From Candidatus Helarchaeota archaeon (lineage in GTDB: Archaea; Asgardarchaeota; Lokiarchaeia; Helarchaeales; RDOG01): DNA of 64,000 bases. Every line of letters begins with the position of its first letter. Position 1 is the stretch's first letter. Made by a program: the position numbers and the translations under genes. The stretch is from NCBI GenBank assembly GCA_019058315.1, contig JAHPZH010000006.1:128001-192000 (forward strand), in the 5' to 3' direction. A model generated the notes under the pieces. The model ran no database searches and had not been told where the DNA came from. It worked only from the letters and a program-made list of their open reading frames with translations. Shown piece by piece: positions 60,207 through 64,000 of the stretch.

Positions 60207-63200
60207 TCATTCTATTTTAGGTATATTATTCTCCATTGGAGGTATTTCAGGCTCAGGTTCTTCTTCCTCAATTTCTATTTGTTCAAGTTCAAATGATTTT
60301 CTTATTAACTTTTCAAATAATTTATATGTATTCGTATAAATGGATTGAGTAATTAAATGATTTGAAAAGCGAGCTTCTTCATAATTCGTGGTGAATGGAT
60401 ATATAAGATTAGGATCTAATTCTATTTTGGTTACTAATGAAGTCATCAATTCACGAAATGTTAAACCGGGAAGAGGTGGTTTTTTTAATTTTTCTAAAAT
60501 TTTACTAAAGAAAATTTGGTAGAGAAAAACTATCGCTTCCTTATATCTATTTCCATCAATTAATGATTTTAATTTTTTTTGAAAATTACTAATCTGGATA
60601 GATTCTATAAACCTTTCAATTTGTAATTTTCGATGATACAATTTTCCAATAATAATAACCACAACTACCACTACTGCAATTATAACGATAATCCAGACCC
60701 AATTATAATTCTCAGGTTGCGTATAACCTAATATGGTAATTTCATTGGACTCATATGCGGAACTTCCCTCAAAATACGCTTGAAATGTAAACACAGGACC
60801 AATAATAGGCATTATAAAGATAAATTCTCCACTTGAATCAGTTTTAAAATTTCCAATAGTCTGACCAAACATTTTTAATTCAACTGATCTCCCCATAATT
60901 TTTAACGAATTATTAGCATCATATGCTTTTCCAATAACTACCACAAAACTTCCTACAATTACTATTGGAGTTGGAGTCGAAAGTTTAACACGCGGGTCTG
61001 AAAAAATATTGATATTTCGTGTTAAGGATGTATTTAAATAATATCCCGAACTATTAAAGACCACTGTAATATTATGATTACCAACTGCTGCTATTGGGAT
61101 AGTACAATTAATTATAAAATAACCATTAATTCCTATTATAGGAGGGATGATAGATAATTGGGTTGAATTCATGAAAATACTTATATAATTCTTATATCCT
61201 GGAATTTGTTGGTTTATATTATCAGTAATTCTACCACTAATAATAATAAACTCACCCACACGGAAAGAATTGTAATTAAAACTTAATTGCTTAATAGCAC
61301 TAGTGGTATTAATTGAAATAGTATTTGAAATATCTCCTTGTAAAATGAAATAAATCGGATTTGTGATTGTTGCATTTATTATATATGTTCCTAGAATATA
61401 CGAACTCGGAATTATAAAAGTTATATTGAAATGACCTGTCTCATTTGTTATTGTTGATTGAATTGACTGATTATTAAGCAGAATTAAAATTTGCTCATTC
61501 GATATATTAAATGCCGAATCATTATGTGTAACTTGCCCAGAAATGAAAAGTGCAGTAACTCCCCTAAATACTGAGTTGGGGGTAACATTAGAAATGGAAA
61601 TGTTTACCCAAATATACTTTAATGTAATAAAATTTGATATATCATCTTGCCAAATATAATATGAAGAGTTTGTTGTGGTAGCATTAATTAAATAAATACC
61701 CGGAGTTGCAGTTATTGGAATTATAAAAGTTGAGTTAAAATATCCAGTGCTATTTGTTGTAGTATTTACAACATTCGTATTATTAAGCAGAATTTCAATT
61801 ATTTCTCCGTTTGGAATTGTATTTAAGGACCCATTTATTAAAACACGTCCAGATATGAAGAGTTGCGTTTTTCCCATATAAACAGTGTTAGGAGTTACAT
61901 TAGATATTGAGAAGTTCACCCAAATAGGATTGACTTGAATAATATTGGATATATCATCCTGCCAAATATAATACGAAGAATTAGTCGTTGTAGCATTAAT
62001 TATGTAAATACCAGGAGTTTGAGTTATAGGAATGATAAATGTTGAGTTGAAATGACCAGTGCTATTTGTAGTAGTATTTACAATATTCGTATTATTGAGT
62101 AGAATAGCAATTATTTCCCCTGCTGGAATAGTATTGGAAGTACCATTAATTAAGACACGTCCAGATATAAAAATTGGATCTACACCCCTAATCACTGAGT
62201 TGGGGGTGACATTAGATATCGAGAAGTTCACCCAAGTAGGATTGACTTGAATAATATTAGATATATCATCTTGCCAAATATAATATGAAGAGTTTGTTGT
62301 TGTAGCATTAATTATGTAAAATCCGGGAGTTTGAGTAATTGGAACGATAAAAGTTGAGTTGAAATGACCAGTGCCATTTGTAGTGGTATTTATAATATTC
62401 AAATTATTTAGTAAAATTGAAATTACCTCCCCAGCTGCAATAGTATTAGAAGTACCATTAATTAAGACACGTCCAGATATAAAAATTGGATTTATACCTC
62501 TAACTACTGAAAGGGGAGTTACATTATCAATTGAAAAGTTCAAAAAAGTTGGATATAAAGTGAGATTATTCCAATTTGTGTCATCTTTAAAAGGATAATA
62601 TGTAATATTTGTGGTTGTGGCGTTTACTGTATAGAGTCCTGGAGAGACTGATAATGGAATTATAAATGTTTTATTAAAATATCCTGTCATATTTGTGGTT
62701 GTATTTATAGATATAGGAGAATTATTAAATAGAATTGAAATTACTTCATTCGAAATATTCATTTGTCCATCTTTATGAACCACTCTTCCCGAAATAAAAA
62801 CGTTTGTTACTCCTCTTCTTGGATCGAGTGGATTGACTTCGAATATGGTGAAATTAACACGAATAACTGCTGGAGGATCGGGAATTACAGAAGAATTCAT
62901 AAAATAGGGAGAGGTAATTGAAGTATTAACTTTGATTGTAACATTTACACCCGCTTCATGATCTGAAGGAATAAAATATGTTATTGAGTAAAATCCATTT
63001 GCAATGGTTGTATTTGTTCCAACAAAGAATTCTCCCGATGAATTTGTCTCATAAGCATTGACAATTTGACCCGGTAGTCCAGTTCCATTATCTAACAATA
63101 AATTCCCATAAATAGTAAAATTTTCACCAAGAGGTAATACTGAGGGATTGAAATTTTTTGTCAAAGAAGTGTTAGCCATTAATATTAAGTCAAATTCACT

Positions 63201-64000
63201 GCTATTTGATTCACTTCCTACAATAGATCCGACAGATAAATCTGGAAATGGAAATGGAAAATCAGCAAAAAATGTACCATTAAAATAAGCGTGAATATGA
63301 TAAATTCCAACATCATAACTGATTGGAATAGTTCCGCTTGTATTTATTTGAAATATTCCATTAACATCTGTAATTCCAGAACCAATTAATTGGTTAGTCT
63401 CATTTATATATAATTTTATTAACCCTCCTTCAACTGTTCTGGTATTCACATCATCTGTAAGATTACCTTTAATTGTTAAAGCAATAATATTGTTCCTAAG
63501 TAGAGATAAATTTGTATAAGAAGATGCGAGGGTTCCATTGATTTCAGTAATATAAACTTGAGTTGTACCTCTACAAGTAACATATATTGGAGAATTGTTA
63601 GTTATTGCTAACCATGAAGCATTAAATCTATGTGGACCAACAAGAGAACTATCAAAAAATCGGTTTATAAATGTTGATTCATTATTATTACCAACTTGAG
63701 CAAATCCTAAATATGTATTATTAGTATAATCACTGAAATTTATATTTATAATTGGCTCGAGAGCGGTTCTGTTGACAGGTGCGTAATTTTTTAAGAGTTG
63801 GGCTTTTAATTCAAAAAAATCTGTATTTCTATTTTGGTGGTTAACCGGAGTTACATTAGCATATAGATTTAGATCGAAATGATCAGTTTCCATTCTGTCA
63901 TCATTTATTCTCATTGGAATAAGATAATTCCATAAGTATGGAACTGGGGTAGGATCAAATTGAACCCAATTCCCACCACTTGAACTATCGGGGATCCAAA
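60207..64000 (-). CDS. Large transglutaminase-domain surface protein with Ig-like repeats, TM helix and C-terminal DUF4129 (5' end outside window)
   Basis: Frame is open from 63914 to the window edge and reads WIPDSSSGGNWVQFDPTP (transglutaminase W..FDPT motif); NxT/S-rich beta repeats; TM WVWIIVIIAVVVVVVIII; YEEARFSNH. Confidence 0.85.
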   Translation of the reverse strand, partial: WIPDSSSGGNWVQFDPTPVPYLWNYLIPMRINDDRMETDHFDLNLYANVTPVNHQNRNTDFFELKAQLLKNYAPVNRTALEPIININFSDYTNNTYLGFAQVGNNNESTFINRFFDSSLVGPHRFNASWLAITNNSPIYVTCRGTTQVYITEINGTLASSYTNLSLLRNNIIALTIKGNLTDDVNTRTVEGGLIKLYINETNQLIGSGITDVNGIFQINTSGTIPISYDVGIYHIHAYFNGTFFADFPFPFPDLSVGSIVGSESNSSEFDLILMANTSLTKNFNPSVLPLGENFTIYGNLLLDNGTGLPGQIVNAYETNSSGEFFVGTNTTIANGFYSITYFIPSDHEAGVNVTIKVNTSITSPYFMNSSVIPDPPAVIRVNFTIFEVNPLDPRRGVTNVFISGRVVHKDGQMNISNEVISILFNNSPISINTTTNMTGYFNKTFIIPLSVSPGLYTVNATTTNITYYPFKDDTNWNNLTLYPTFLNFSIDNVTPLSVVRGINPIFISGRVLINGTSNTIAAGEVISILLNNLNIINTTTNGTGHFNSTFIVPITQTPGFYIINATTTNSSYYIWQDDISNIIQVNPTWVNFSISNVTPNSVIRGVDPIFISGRVLINGTSNTIPAGEIIAILLNNTNIVNTTTNSTGHFNSTFIIPITQTPGIYIINATTTNSSYYIWQDDISNIIQVNPIWVNFSISNVTPNTVYMGKTQLFISGRVLINGSLNTIPNGEIIEILLNNTNVVNTTTNSTGYFNSTFIIPITATPGIYLINATTTNSSYYIWQDDISNFITLKYIWVNISISNVTPNSVFRGVTALFISGQVTHNDSAFNISNEQILILLNNQSIQSTITNETGHFNITFIIPSSYILGTYIINATITNPIYFILQGDISNTISINTTSAIKQLSFNYNSFRVGEFIIISGRITDNINQQIPGYKNYISIFMNSTQLSIIPPIIGINGYFIINCTIPIAAVGNHNITVVFNSSGYYLNTSLTRNINIFSDPRVKLSTPTPIVIVGSFVVVIGKAYDANNSLKIMGRSVELKMFGQTIGNFKTDSSGEFIFIMPIIGPVFTFQAYFEGSSAYESNEITILGYTQPENYNWVWIIVIIAVVVVVVIIIGKLYHRKLQIERFIESIQISNFQKKLKSLIDGNRYKEAIVFLYQIFFSKILEKLKKPPLPGLTFRELMTSLVTKIELDPNLIYPFTTNYEEARFSNHLITQSIYTNTYKLFEKLIRKSFELEQIEIEEEEPEPEIPPMENNIPKIE
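61300..62855 (-). repeat. Five tandem intragenic ~312-bp (104-aa) repeats
   Basis: Units start at 62855, 62540, 62228, 61916 and 61604; shared FISGRV..NG, NTTTN.TG.FN.TF.IP, INATTTNSSYYIWQDDISN. Confidence 0.92.

Noticed and set aside
608-62598. Numerous short antisense or alternate-frame ORFs in the track (e.g. 6234-6593, 14940-15350, 26919-27287, 57603-58040)
   Set aside because: They shadow well-supported genes and carry no independent motifs
61300-62855. CRISPR array or DGR template/variable repeat pair
   Set aside because: Repeats are in-frame 104-aa coding units, differences are not adenine-specific, and there is no cas or reverse transcriptase gene

Overview
AT-rich (roughly 28% GC by eye) archaeal chromosome segment. 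It is most likely from an Asgard archaeon (Loki-/Helarchaeia-like), inferred from archaeal informational genes, a gelsolin-like protein, frequent TTG/GTG starts and low GC. Housekeeping genes include coaD, pheS/pheT, hel308, taw2, rps2, dnaG, ppsA, rpl10e, trmJ, hemK, ksgA, pus10, rpl21e, rpo4 and DUF655. The window also holds a cobamide salvage/completion cluster (sirC-cbiX divergent from cobD-cbiB-cbiS-cobS-cobY). A complete B12-mutase operon (large subunit, B12 subunit, MeaB, adenosyltransferase) has a strongly remodelled active site. Other loci are a HadABC-like MaoC dehydratase trio with a shared domain insertion, a TnpB-only IS200/IS605 element broken by one nonsense codon, and a six-gene MoxR/DUF58/DUF4350/DUF4129/transglutaminase surface-protein locus running off the right edge. 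The most unusual items are an orphan, GC-enriched, multi-stem non-coding element at about 9960-10160 (candidate structured RNA, possibly an IS110-type bridge-RNA-like end without its recombinase), the divergent mutase, a CDIN1/C15orf41-like nuclease beside hel308, an ACD-alpha pseudoenzyme lacking its phospho-His loop, a cytosolic gingipain/caspase-fold protein, and probable CTG/ATC starts. No tRNA, rRNA or CRISPR array was seen. All family calls come from motif recognition by eye; no database searches were run.
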